From Minisyncoccota bacterium (lineage in GTDB: Bacteria > Patescibacteriota > Minisyncoccia > Phycocordibacterales > JABMNX01), in contig JAPHQU010000004.1 of NCBI GenBank assembly GCA_026195275.1, positions 3,119 through 67,118 of the forward strand: a stretch of 64,000 bases of DNA, in the 5' to 3' direction. Positions 17,216 to 26,469 of this stretch are shown here, one piece after another. The position numbers and the translations under genes were made by a program. Each line of letters opens with the position of its first letter. The stretch's first letter is position 1. A model generated the notes under the pieces. The model saw only the letters and a list, made by a program, of their open reading frames with translations. It was not told the DNA's origin and did no database searches.

Positions 17216-18295
17216 TTGTATATACTCAATATATATATGTTCAAAAGGACAATCACTTTCATAAGAAAACATCGACAGCACCTGCCAACAGTGGCGATCT
17301 TCTCAGGTTTTATCTGGGACTCACTTACGCTCGGCCGGCCGGACCAGCTCTACAGCAACTTAGTCATGCTTGCGTATCTCTTTATCGCGGGTTCATGCAT
17401 CATCTTTATGGCGCAGCGCGAGGAGACTGGAGCTCCGCAGTCGCTTTGGGCGCAGACGCTCACACAGTTCTCGTTTGGCAACCTCGCGAGTGGTCTTCTG
17501 GTGCTCTACATGGGTAGTGCCACTTTAATTGGGAACTGGCCGTTCCTTCTTATTCTTCTTGCACTCCTTATCGGGAACGAGTTTGTGAAGAACCGGCATC
17601 AGCGCATTCGTTTTTCTGTCGCGGTGTACTACCTGCTCATTCTCGCGTATCTCATTGTGCTCATTCCCGTGCTCACGCGTACCGTGGCATCGTGGACGTT
17701 TTTGGTGAGTGCGTTTGCGAGTCTGGTGGTTGTAGTAGGCTACCTCGCCATCATTCGCAAGATCGCGCGAAGAGTCTACGATGAAGATCGACGACTGCTT
17801 GTACGGAGCGTTCTCGCGATTGTGGTTACTTTTAGTTTTCTCTATTATGCGAACCTCATTCCGCCCGTGCCACTCTCGGCGCGCGAGGTGGGGATCTATC
17901 ATTCGGTCACGCGTACCGAGCTTGGCTACGAGGTAATGTATGAAAAGCATTGGTATGAATTTTGGAAGAACTCTGACTCGACGATACATGCGAAAACACC
18001 AGTAGCGGTTGGATGTTTTAGCTCAGTTTTTGCACCGGCTGATATTACAATTCCTATACAGCATGTCTGGGATGAATATAATCCGCGAGCAAGGGAGTGG
18101 GAGGTGCGCGAAGTGTTTGACTTCCCGGTCGCCGGTGGGCGTGAGGAAGGATATCGTGGATACAGTATCAAACGAGTCGAGGTGGGGAAGTGGCGCTGTT
18201 CGGTCGAAACCAATCGCGGAGCCCTTCTCGGTCGAGCGGCGGTCAATGTTGAATATTCAGAAGATAAGTACCCGCTCGTTGTCGAGTCGCGCTAA
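17216..18295 (+). CDS. Hypothetical membrane protein (N-terminal polytopic region + C-terminal soluble domain)
   Basis: 359 aa; about 6 TM helices, then a ~150 aa hydrophilic domain. No motif recognised. Confidence 0.45.
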   Translation: MYILNIYMFKRTITFIRKHRQHLPTVAIFSGFIWDSLTLGRPDQLYSNLVMLAYLFIAGSCIIFMAQREETGAPQSLWAQTLTQFSFGNLASGLLVLYMGSATLIGNWPFLLILLALLIGNEFVKNRHQRIRFSVAVYYLLILAYLIVLIPVLTRTVASWTFLVSAFASLVVVVGYLAIIRKIARRVYDEDRRLLVRSVLAIVVTFSFLYYANLIPPVPLSAREVGIYHSVTRTELGYEVMYEKHWYEFWKNSDSTIHAKTPVAVGCFSSVFAPADITIPIQHVWDEYNPRAREWEVREVFDFPVAGGREEGYRGYSIKRVEVGKWRCSVETNRGALLGRAAVNVEYSEDKYPLVVESR

Positions 18296-18322
18296 AGAAA
18301 GATTTCAGATATAGTTGATGGC

Positions 18323-20026
18323 ATGATCGAGGAGAAACTCATTAACTTAGTGCGGAGCGCGCTCACTGAGCTCGGCATTGAAGCAGAAGACATTAAACTG
18401 GAACACCCAGCGGACCTCTTTCATGGGGATTTTTCTTGTAATGCGGCGATGGTGCTCGCGAAAGAAGCAAGGAAGAGCCCACGCGAGCTCGCGGAAGAGA
18501 TCGTACGATATATCGAAGAAAATAAGCCAAGTGAGGTTGAGAAGGTTGCGGTTGCAGGTCCTGGTTTCATAAACTTCGATCTCTCACGAGAATTTTTCAT
18601 ACAGAACGTTCGTGATGTGCTCGAGGCAGCTTCGGTGTGGGGGAGAAATGATGCACTCAAAGGCAAGAAAGTAATGGTCGAGTACACTGACCCGAATCCA
18701 TTCAAAGTTTTCCATATAGGGCACTTAATGAGTAACGCCATTGGTGAGTCGGTCTCGCGTCTCATTGAGTTTTCTGGCGCGGAAGTGAAGCGGGCGAACT
18801 ACCAAGGTGACGTCGGACTCCATGTTGCAAAGGCGATCTGGGGGCTGAAAGAAATAGATGCACCAATTGAGAGTGTTGAGATGCTTGGCAAAGCATACGC
18901 AGCAGGAGCTGTAGCATACGAAAGTAATCCTGTAGCAGAAAAAGAGATTAACGAGATCAATCGCGAAGTATACGAGCGAAGTAATGAGGAAGTGAATGTT
19001 CTTTATGACACTGGGCGCACACTCTCGCTCGAGCATTTTGAAGAGATATACAAAAAGCTTGGCACAAAATTTGATCACTATTTCTTCGAGAGCGAAACGG
19101 GTCCTCTTGGTAAAGAGATCGTTGAAGAGTATTTATCGAGTGACGCCAGCGCAAAAGATTCTGTTTTCAGAGAGAGTGATGGTGCTGTTATTTTTGATGC
19201 CGAAACCCACGACCCATCCCTCCACACACGTGTGTTCCTCAACTCAGAAGGATTACCAACCTACGAAGCTAAGGAGCTTGGTCTTCTCAAGAAAAAGAAT
19301 GAAACATATCCATTTGATATTTCAATCACCATTACCGCGGAAGAGCAACGAGAGTACTTTAGAGTAGTTAAAGAAGCGATGAAACAGATATTTGGTGAGC
19401 TTGCAGAGAAGGTGGCGCACCTCACCCACGGCACGCTGCGGCTTACGAGCGGCAAGATGTCGTCGCGTACCGGGGACGTGATCAGTGGTGAGTCGCTCGT
19501 CAATGACGTGGAAGTCGAAGTCGAGAAACGCATGGGCGCATTCAATGTTGAGGGGGTACGAGAGACTGCAGAATCAGTCGCGGTTGCGGCGATTAAATAC
19601 TCAATCCTCAAACAGTCGACTGGACGAGATATTATTTTTAACCCTGAGCAAGCACTCTCCTTTGAAGGAGACTCCGGACCATATCTGCAGTACACAAACG
19701 CACGCATCGGCTCGCTCCTGGAGAAGGCGAGAGAGAGCGGAGTTGAAGTTGGCATCTCGACACCACTTCCTCAGGCAACCGATGTTGAACGTTTACTGTA
19801 TCGTTTTCCTGAGGTGGTGCGCCGTGCCACTGAGAATTATGAGCCACACTATATTACCAACTATCTCACCGAGCTCGCCGGAGTATTCAACAGTTGGTAC
19901 GGGCAAGAAAAGATACTCGACGGTACACCCGAGGTGTCGTATCGTCTTGCTATCGCGCACGCGGTTTCGACAACTCTCCAAAACGGACTTTGGCTTCTTG
20001 GTATCAAAGCGCCGGAGCGAATGTGA
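18323..20026 (+). CDS. argS: Arginyl-tRNA synthetase
   Basis: 567 aa; HIGH region PNPFKVFHIGHLMSNAIG; overall ArgRS architecture. Confidence 0.9.
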   Translation: MIEEKLINLVRSALTELGIEAEDIKLEHPADLFHGDFSCNAAMVLAKEARKSPRELAEEIVRYIEENKPSEVEKVAVAGPGFINFDLSREFFIQNVRDVLEAASVWGRNDALKGKKVMVEYTDPNPFKVFHIGHLMSNAIGESVSRLIEFSGAEVKRANYQGDVGLHVAKAIWGLKEIDAPIESVEMLGKAYAAGAVAYESNPVAEKEINEINREVYERSNEEVNVLYDTGRTLSLEHFEEIYKKLGTKFDHYFFESETGPLGKEIVEEYLSSDASAKDSVFRESDGAVIFDAETHDPSLHTRVFLNSEGLPTYEAKELGLLKKKNETYPFDISITITAEEQREYFRVVKEAMKQIFGELAEKVAHLTHGTLRLTSGKMSSRTGDVISGESLVNDVEVEVEKRMGAFNVEGVRETAESVAVAAIKYSILKQSTGRDIIFNPEQALSFEGDSGPYLQYTNARIGSLLEKARESGVEVGISTPLPQATDVERLLYRFPEVVRRATENYEPHYITNYLTELAGVFNSWYGQEKILDGTPEVSYRLAIAHAVSTTLQNGLWLLGIKAPERM

Positions 20027-20074
20027 TTGTTTGCATGTTTTAAGGTGTCTGTGATAGGGTTCACGCAGATTGAT

Positions 20075-20356
20075 ATGGAGGTGGACATGAAAAGTGGAGA
20101 TATCTCTGCCGTGGAGGCGGCATTGGGACAGGGGTCTCTTCGTTTCCCACTATTGCTGGTACCTGCAGGTCTTGGAGATGACACGTGCTTGGAGTGGCTC
20201 GTGACGAATATGTGCGAGCTCAGGAATGTGTTTTCAGACGTGCTTCGTGAGTCATATGACGACACCGCGATCATGGTGTCGCGCGCCGGCTGGAGTGGGG
20301 ATCATTGGAATACATTTCGTGAACCTGATCTCGAGAATCAGGTAAGGCTGCAGTGA
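20075..20356 (+). CDS. Hypothetical small protein
   Basis: ORF followed by a clear terminator hairpin at 20345..20379. No homology recognised. Confidence 0.3.
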   Translation: MEVDMKSGDISAVEAALGQGSLRFPLLLVPAGLGDDTCLEWLVTNMCELRNVFSDVLRESYDDTAIMVSRAGWSGDHWNTFREPDLENQVRLQ

Positions 20357-20379
20357 ATATCGCTGCAGCCTTTTCTTTT
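20345..20379 (+). terminator. Rho-independent terminator
   Basis: AGGCTGCAGtgaatatcgCTGCAGCCT followed by TTTCTTTT. Confidence 0.65.
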
Positions 20380-20405
20380 GTGGGGGATACAAATTTGCTA
20401 CTATA

Positions 20406-23400
20406 ATGATTATGAAAAACGACCCTGGAAAGGCTCCCGAGGAGAAGAGTGGTGTTGCAAAGCGTGAGGAGGGGGTCCTCGCATTTTGGCATACAAATAA
20501 TGTCTTCAAGAAATCCGAAGAAAAACCGGCACCAAAAGGAGAATATGTCTTTTACGATGGGCCACCGTTTGCGACCGGGCTTCCGCACTACGGTCACTTG
20601 CTTGCGAGTACTATTAAAGACGCGATACCACGCTACCAGAGTATGCGTGGTCATCGGGTCGTGCGTAAGTGGGGGTGGGACTGCCACGGGCTTCCTCTTG
20701 AGAACGAGATAGAAAAGGAATTGGGTCTTACGACCAAGCGAGACATCGAGAGTCTGGGTATTGCGAAGTTCAATGAAGCGGCGCGCGATGCGGTGCTTCG
20801 CTATGCTGACGATTGGAAGAAGATCATACCGCGGATGGGGCGGTGGGTCGACATGGAGAGCGACTACAAGACCATGGATACCTCGTACACCGAATCGGTG
20901 TGGTGGGTATTCAAAACGCTCTACGACAAAAAAAGTATTTACCAAGGGTTCAAATCAATGCACCTTTGCCCACGTTGTGGCACCACACTCTCGAACTTTG
21001 AAGTGAATCAAGGATATAAAGATACAACCGACATCTCTGTATACGTCGGGCTTAAACTTAAAGATGAGCAGGATACGTCTCTTATTGTGTGGACTACAAC
21101 ACCATGGACGCTACCCGGCAACATGGCAGCGGCAGTGAACAAGGATGTCGAGTACGTCACAGTCGAGAAAAAGGATGAAGGTGGACTCACTCGCTTTATT
21201 GTCGCAAAAGATAAACTCAAAGATGTTTTCGGTGATGATGAATATACCATCGTCGATACATACAAAGGTGAGGAACTTATCGGCAAATCGTATATCCCGC
21301 CGTTTGATTACTACAAAGATAAGAACATCGAGCATAAAGAGAACGCGTGGAAGGTTTACCACGCAGACTATGTTTCAGTTGAGGATGGAACCGGTGTGGT
21401 GCACCTTGCTCCCGCTTTCGGTGAAGAGGACCTAGTGCTTGCTCAACAAGAGGACATCCCGGTCGTACACCACGTAACACCGGAGGGTGTATTTGCACAA
21501 GAAGTGTCTGACTTTGCTGGTATGTTTGCAAAGCCAAAAGATGACCCGCTTGCAACTGATATCGAGATCATTAAGGCGCTCTCCGCGCGCGGCGCGCTCT
21601 TTAAAAAACAGAAGGTAACACACAGCTATCCGTTTTGTTGGCGTTGTGATACGCCGCTTCTTAACTATGCGACATCGTCGTGGTTTGTACGCGTAACTGA
21701 TTTTAAAGACAAGCTTGTTTCAGAGAACAAAAAAGTTGGGTGGATTCCAAAAGATGTCGGCACACATCGATTCGGCAACTGGCTTGAGAATGCACGCGAT
21801 TGGGCGATCTCACGCTCGCGCTATTGGGGCGCACCACTACCGGTATGGCTAAACGAGAAAGAGGAAAAAGTGCGGGTCATGGGATCAGTCGAGGACCTGA
21901 AGAAATATATTGCATCTTCAGGTAATACCTACTTTATGATGCGTCACGGCGAGGCGGTACATAACACTAAGAACACACTGAACGCAAAGGACTCAGTGGA
22001 GAATCCGGTGACGGAAGAAGGAAGGAAACAAGTGTATGAAGCGGCCAAGCTCTTTAACGGAAAGAGCATTGACCTAATCATACACTCTCCATTACAGCGG
22101 ACGCGCGAGACAGCTGAGCTTCTTGCGTCTGAACTCAAGCTCCCTGGATCACAACTTCGCGAAGATGCCCGCCTCACGGAAGTAAATGTCGGGTTGTTTG
22201 AAGGGAAGACAATTGATGAGTACCACGCGTTCTTTGCTGACTCGCGAGAGCGTATGAGTAAGCGACCCGAAGGAGGAGAGAATTGGGGTGAGGTCAAACG
22301 ACGTGTGAGTGAGGTGCTCTACGAGCTCGAGCGAGAATATAAAGATAAAAAGATATTGATCATCTCGCACAACGGACCACTTGAGATGATTCAAGCGGGT
22401 GCGCTCGGGTATGATGTTGATCAATGCGGGGAAGCGATCAAAGATAATCGTTTTGACATGTCGGTCGGCGAGGTGCGTAAACTTCCGTTCATACCGCTTC
22501 CGCATAATACTCTGTTTGAGCTTGACCTACACCGTCCATACATTGATGAGATCACTCTTATTGATACAGACGGCAGCGAGTTGAAACGGATTCCTGATGT
22601 GTTTGACTGCTGGTTTGAATCTGGCTCCATGCCGTACGGGCAGCAGCACTATCCATTTGAGAATACTGATGTCTTCGAGCCAAAGAGCGGATGGTTCAAA
22701 CGAGCGAAAGGCTACCCGGCGGACTTTATCGCGGAAGGAATGGACCAAACGAGAGGCTGGTTCTACTCGCTCATTGTCCTTGGCGTCGGGCTCTTTGGTC
22801 ACTCCCCATACAAGAATGTGATTGTGAACGGTCTCGTGCTTGCGGAAGATGGTCGCAAGATGAGCAAGCGACTCAAGAACTATCCTGATCCGGCATATAT
22901 TTTAAACACCTATGGAGCTGATGCGCTTCGCTACTACCTTCTCTCATCACCGATTGTTCGCGGGGAAGACCTCAATTTCTCTGAAAAGGGTGTTGATGAA
23001 GTGATGAAGAAACTCTTGGTGCGTCTTGAAAACGTATATTCGTTTTATGCACTCTACGTCGAGGATGGAACAGTGCCACAAAGCGTGGCCAGCAAGAATA
23101 TTCTGGACCAGTGGATTCTCTCACGACTCAATGAACTCACTCTTGAGATAACCGGTGCGATGGAACGCTATGAGCTCGACCGCGCGACGCGTCCGATCGG
23201 ACTCTTTATTGATGATCTTTCGACGTGGTATATACGCCGCTCACGTGAGCGCTTTAAGAGCAATGATGTGGAGGATCGTGCGCATGCTCTTGAGACAACG
23301 CGCACTGTTCTCATGGGGCTCAGTAAGGTCATGGCGCCATTCATGCCATTTTATGCGGAAGCACTCTACCAGGAGCTCAAAAAAGAGGACGATCTGGAGA

Positions 23401-23930
23401 GTGTACACCTCTGCGAGTGGCCTGAGGCAGGGAAGAGTAACAAGGAGGCGCTTGAAGATATGGCAGTGGTGCGCCGGCTCGTATCGCTCGGCCTCGAAGC
23501 TCGCGCTAAAGCGGGCACGAAGGTGCGTCAGCCGCTTGCGGAGCTCAAAGTTAGAAGTGAAAAGTTAAAAGGAAAGATGAAACTTCTCGAACTAATCGAG
23601 GACGAAGTGAATGTGAAGAAGATCTCGTTTGATACCTCGCTATCAGAAGAGGTTGAGCTCGACACCGAGCTCACCGATGAGTTGAGACAAGAAGGACTCG
23701 TACGCGATCTTATCAGGCGTATCCAGCAGTTTAGAAAAGAGAACGACCTTACACCGCAAGAGAAGGTGGCAATTATCATCGATACTGATGAGCACCTTAA
23801 GGAAGCGTTTGTGGGCGCGAAGACTGAGATTATGAATGCGACGCTTCTCTCAGACCTCACTTTTGGTTTTGTAGAAGGAGAGAAGGAGACCGTTGACGGG
23901 CATCCGTTTGCGTTCTCACTTAGTAAGTAG
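20406..23930 (+). CDS. ileS: Isoleucyl-tRNA synthetase with an in-frame inserted histidine-phosphatase (PGM-like) domain
   Basis: PPFATGLPHYGHLL (HIGH), TTPWTLPGN (CP1 editing) and KMSKRLKN (KMSKS) are present. An extra ~170 aa lies between the CP region and DLHRPYIDEITL; it contains RHGEAVHN, SPLQRTRETAE and ISHNG motifs. Confidence 0.9.
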   Translation: MIMKNDPGKAPEEKSGVAKREEGVLAFWHTNNVFKKSEEKPAPKGEYVFYDGPPFATGLPHYGHLLASTIKDAIPRYQSMRGHRVVRKWGWDCHGLPLENEIEKELGLTTKRDIESLGIAKFNEAARDAVLRYADDWKKIIPRMGRWVDMESDYKTMDTSYTESVWWVFKTLYDKKSIYQGFKSMHLCPRCGTTLSNFEVNQGYKDTTDISVYVGLKLKDEQDTSLIVWTTTPWTLPGNMAAAVNKDVEYVTVEKKDEGGLTRFIVAKDKLKDVFGDDEYTIVDTYKGEELIGKSYIPPFDYYKDKNIEHKENAWKVYHADYVSVEDGTGVVHLAPAFGEEDLVLAQQEDIPVVHHVTPEGVFAQEVSDFAGMFAKPKDDPLATDIEIIKALSARGALFKKQKVTHSYPFCWRCDTPLLNYATSSWFVRVTDFKDKLVSENKKVGWIPKDVGTHRFGNWLENARDWAISRSRYWGAPLPVWLNEKEEKVRVMGSVEDLKKYIASSGNTYFMMRHGEAVHNTKNTLNAKDSVENPVTEEGRKQVYEAAKLFNGKSIDLIIHSPLQRTRETAELLASELKLPGSQLREDARLTEVNVGLFEGKTIDEYHAFFADSRERMSKRPEGGENWGEVKRRVSEVLYELEREYKDKKILIISHNGPLEMIQAGALGYDVDQCGEAIKDNRFDMSVGEVRKLPFIPLPHNTLFELDLHRPYIDEITLIDTDGSELKRIPDVFDCWFESGSMPYGQQHYPFENTDVFEPKSGWFKRAKGYPADFIAEGMDQTRGWFYSLIVLGVGLFGHSPYKNVIVNGLVLAEDGRKMSKRLKNYPDPAYILNTYGADALRYYLLSSPIVRGEDLNFSEKGVDEVMKKLLVRLENVYSFYALYVEDGTVPQSVASKNILDQWILSRLNELTLEITGAMERYELDRATRPIGLFIDDLSTWYIRRSRERFKSNDVEDRAHALETTRTVLMGLSKVMAPFMPFYAEALYQELKKEDDLESVHLCEWPEAGKSNKEALEDMAVVRRLVSLGLEARAKAGTKVRQPLAELKVRSEKLKGKMKLLELIEDEVNVKKISFDTSLSEEVELDTELTDELRQEGLVRDLIRRIQQFRKENDLTPQEKVAIIIDTDEHLKEAFVGAKTEIMNATLLSDLTFGFVEGEKETVDGHPFAFSLSK
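21920..22480 (+). other. Inserted histidine phosphatase superfamily domain (branch 1, phosphoglycerate-mutase-like) within ileS
   Basis: Catalytic RHG(E) ... SPLxRTxETA ... (I)SHNG motifs in the right order and spacing for a complete PGM-like fold. Confidence 0.75.
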
Positions 23931-23936
23931 ATTTGT

Positions 23937-24530
23937 ATGGCACACCATCGCTATCAAACAGACGGATTGGTGCTCGGACACTATCCTGTCGGGGAAGCCG
24001 ATAGTCTCATAGATATCTTTACCGAAGACCTTGGTCGTGTTCGTGCTGTTGCGCGCAGTATACGCGAGGAGCACTCGAAGCTTCGCTTCTCACTTCAGAA
24101 TCTTTCAGTCGCGCGCATATCACTTGTGCGCGGAAAGGAGACGTGGCGTATTGTAGGCGCGGAATCGAGAGAGAATCTCTACACAGCACTCGCGGATGAT
24201 GAGGGGAAGCGGGAACTCATACTGCGCATGGTACGGTTGTTGCGCAAACTACTTGCCGGTGAAGAGAGTAACCCGGCGCTCTTTCGTGTGGTTATGAGTG
24301 GTATTGAGAGTATTCGCACCACAGCAACTGACAGCAAAGAACTTACCGACCTTGAGTGTTTGATCGTCCTGCGTATACTCCATAACCTTGGGTATCTCGC
24401 GAAAGACGAACGCACGGCGCCATTCCTTGATGTTGCGACAATCGACAGCTCGATTGTCTCACTTGTCTCGCCGATGCGCAGAGAGATGATCAGACAAATC
24501 AACACATCACTCCAAGAGAGTCAGTTATAA
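23937..24530 (+). CDS. recO: DNA repair protein RecO
   Basis: N-terminal OB fold: TDGLVLGHYPVGEADSLIDIFTEDLGRVRAVARS... Confidence 0.8.
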   Translation: MAHHRYQTDGLVLGHYPVGEADSLIDIFTEDLGRVRAVARSIREEHSKLRFSLQNLSVARISLVRGKETWRIVGAESRENLYTALADDEGKRELILRMVRLLRKLLAGEESNPALFRVVMSGIESIRTTATDSKELTDLECLIVLRILHNLGYLAKDERTAPFLDVATIDSSIVSLVSPMRREMIRQINTSLQESQL

Positions 24531-24549
24531 AGTGCTATACTTTTAGAAT

Positions 24550-26454
24550 ATGAAGGATAAAGGAAGGATCGAGAGCCTTCGGAAACAGCTCTATTCACGA
24601 AAAAAATCCGAAGCAAAAGAAGTGGGGCGACGTTCGCTTCGTCCGGGAGAAGAGCGTACGCCACGAGCCTGGAAGGAGACACCGATTGAGAGAAAGATGA
24701 GACCATCAAAAAAGAGACAATCTCCTCTTAAAGTATTTTTCATATTCTCGATTATCTTCTTTCTGGGGTCGACACTCTTCGGTGCGATCTACTTCTTTGG
24801 CGGCAAAAATCTCATTTCGTCTGAGAATGTCGATATTGAGATACAAGGGCCGACTGCGATCGGTGGTGGTGAAGAGTTGAGTCTTCAGATTACGATTACG
24901 AACAAGAACCCGACGACGCTTGAAGCGGCAGATCTTCTGGTGGAGTACCCAGAGGGTGCGCGTGCGCCGGAGAATATGGAGCGGGAACTGTCTCGATACC
25001 GTGAGTCACTTGGTGATATCGCACCGGGGGATCGGGTGAAGAAGACAGTGCGTGCAGTGTTCTTTGGCGAGGAGAATACCCAGCAGCGTATTAAAGTAAC
25101 TGTTGAATATCGCACCGCTGGCTCAAATGCCATATTTTATAGTGAGAAAGAATACGAAGTAACACTTTCTTCAGCGCCGGTAAGTATTTCGGTTCGCTCA
25201 CTCGGTGAGGTAACTTCCGGGCAAGAGTTCAGCTTTTCGATTGCGGTTAATGCGAACGTGTCGGAGGGAGTTGAGGACATTGTTGTTGTGGCGGAATATC
25301 CGTTTGGCTTCACGCTTACCAGTGCACAGCCACGTCCGGCATTTTCAAATTCTGTCTGGGATATTGGTGACTTGCGACCAGGAGAAGAGCGAATCATTGA
25401 CATCTCAGGGACGATTGTTGGTCAAGAGAATGACAAGAGAACGTTTCGTTTCGACGTGGGAGTTGGTGATGAGCTTGACGTGAAGAAACTCGCCACTACA
25501 TTTGTGAGTGTCGCGCGTGAAGTAACAATACAGCGACCGTTTATTGGCACAATTATCACGCTTAACAACGAAGATGATACCGCGTATGTCTTTGAGGGTG
25601 GAGAGCGTGTAGTAGGATCGATTGCGTGGAAGAACAACCTCCCCGACACAGTGTCTAACGTGCAGATAGAAGCGCGACTTATCGGGGAAGCAGTTGACGA
25701 ATCAACTGTCTTCGGGGAGCGCGGCTTTTATAATTCGGTCACCGATACAATCAGGTGGGGTAGGGATACACTCGAGGATTTTGCATTAGTGAATCCTTCA
25801 GAAGCGGGAATTCTTCGCTTCGGTTTCTCAGGCAAGAACATAGCTGCCTATGCGATTGAGAATCCGGAGATATTACTTGAGGTGACTGTTCGCGGTACTC
25901 GAGTTAGCGAAACAGGAGATACAGAGACGATCACTTCGCGCGTCTCTCGTAATATACGGTTTTCTTCTGATCTTGCGCTTGCCGGGCAGGTCTTGCGCAC
26001 GACCGGCCCGTTTGTAAATACCGGTCCAATCCCCCCTGTTGCTGAACAAGAGTCGACGTACACGATTGTCTGGACAGTGACCAACACGGCGAATCATGTC
26101 TCAGGAGCGCAGGTGACCGCGACCTTGCCGTCGTATGTCAGGTGGTTGGGCAACATCTCTCCGCAGGGGAGCGGACTCACGTTCAATGAGAACGCACGGA
26201 CGCTGACGTGGAACATTGGTGAGGTTGCTCAAGGGGTTGGTGTTGGTATTTCGCCGAAGGAAGTTGCCTTTCAGGTTGGTCTGACGCCGAGTGTGAGTCA
26301 GGTTGGGCAGGCTCCGGTGCTTATAGAAGCCCAAGGTGTCTCGGGATTTGATCAATTCACTGACGCGCGCATCTTTAATGAGATACCATCGCTCTCGATA
26401 CGGATATTCTCTGAATCAAGTCTCCCGAGTGGACATGATCGCGTAATTCAGTAA
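24550..26454 (+). CDS. Membrane-anchored protein with repeated beta-sandwich (CARDB/DUF11-like) domains
   Basis: Basic cytoplasmic N-terminus, one TM helix, then about 5 repeats of ~100 aa beginning VxIxIxGP... (e.g. VDIEIQGPTAIGGGEELSLQITITN). Confidence 0.55.
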   Translation: MKDKGRIESLRKQLYSRKKSEAKEVGRRSLRPGEERTPRAWKETPIERKMRPSKKRQSPLKVFFIFSIIFFLGSTLFGAIYFFGGKNLISSENVDIEIQGPTAIGGGEELSLQITITNKNPTTLEAADLLVEYPEGARAPENMERELSRYRESLGDIAPGDRVKKTVRAVFFGEENTQQRIKVTVEYRTAGSNAIFYSEKEYEVTLSSAPVSISVRSLGEVTSGQEFSFSIAVNANVSEGVEDIVVVAEYPFGFTLTSAQPRPAFSNSVWDIGDLRPGEERIIDISGTIVGQENDKRTFRFDVGVGDELDVKKLATTFVSVAREVTIQRPFIGTIITLNNEDDTAYVFEGGERVVGSIAWKNNLPDTVSNVQIEARLIGEAVDESTVFGERGFYNSVTDTIRWGRDTLEDFALVNPSEAGILRFGFSGKNIAAYAIENPEILLEVTVRGTRVSETGDTETITSRVSRNIRFSSDLALAGQVLRTTGPFVNTGPIPPVAEQESTYTIVWTVTNTANHVSGAQVTATLPSYVRWLGNISPQGSGLTFNENARTLTWNIGEVAQGVGVGISPKEVAFQVGLTPSVSQVGQAPVLIEAQGVSGFDQFTDARIFNEIPSLSIRIFSESSLPSGHDRVIQ

Positions 26455-26469
26455 TACTACCCATATTCT

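Noticed and set aside
21920-22480. Intein as the explanation for the extra segment in IleRS
   Set aside because: There is no Cys/Ser at the N-terminal junction and no block-G His-Asn C-terminal motif. No homing endonuclease or Hint-domain blocks are present. The segment instead carries the RHG/SHxG histidine-phosphatase catalytic signature.
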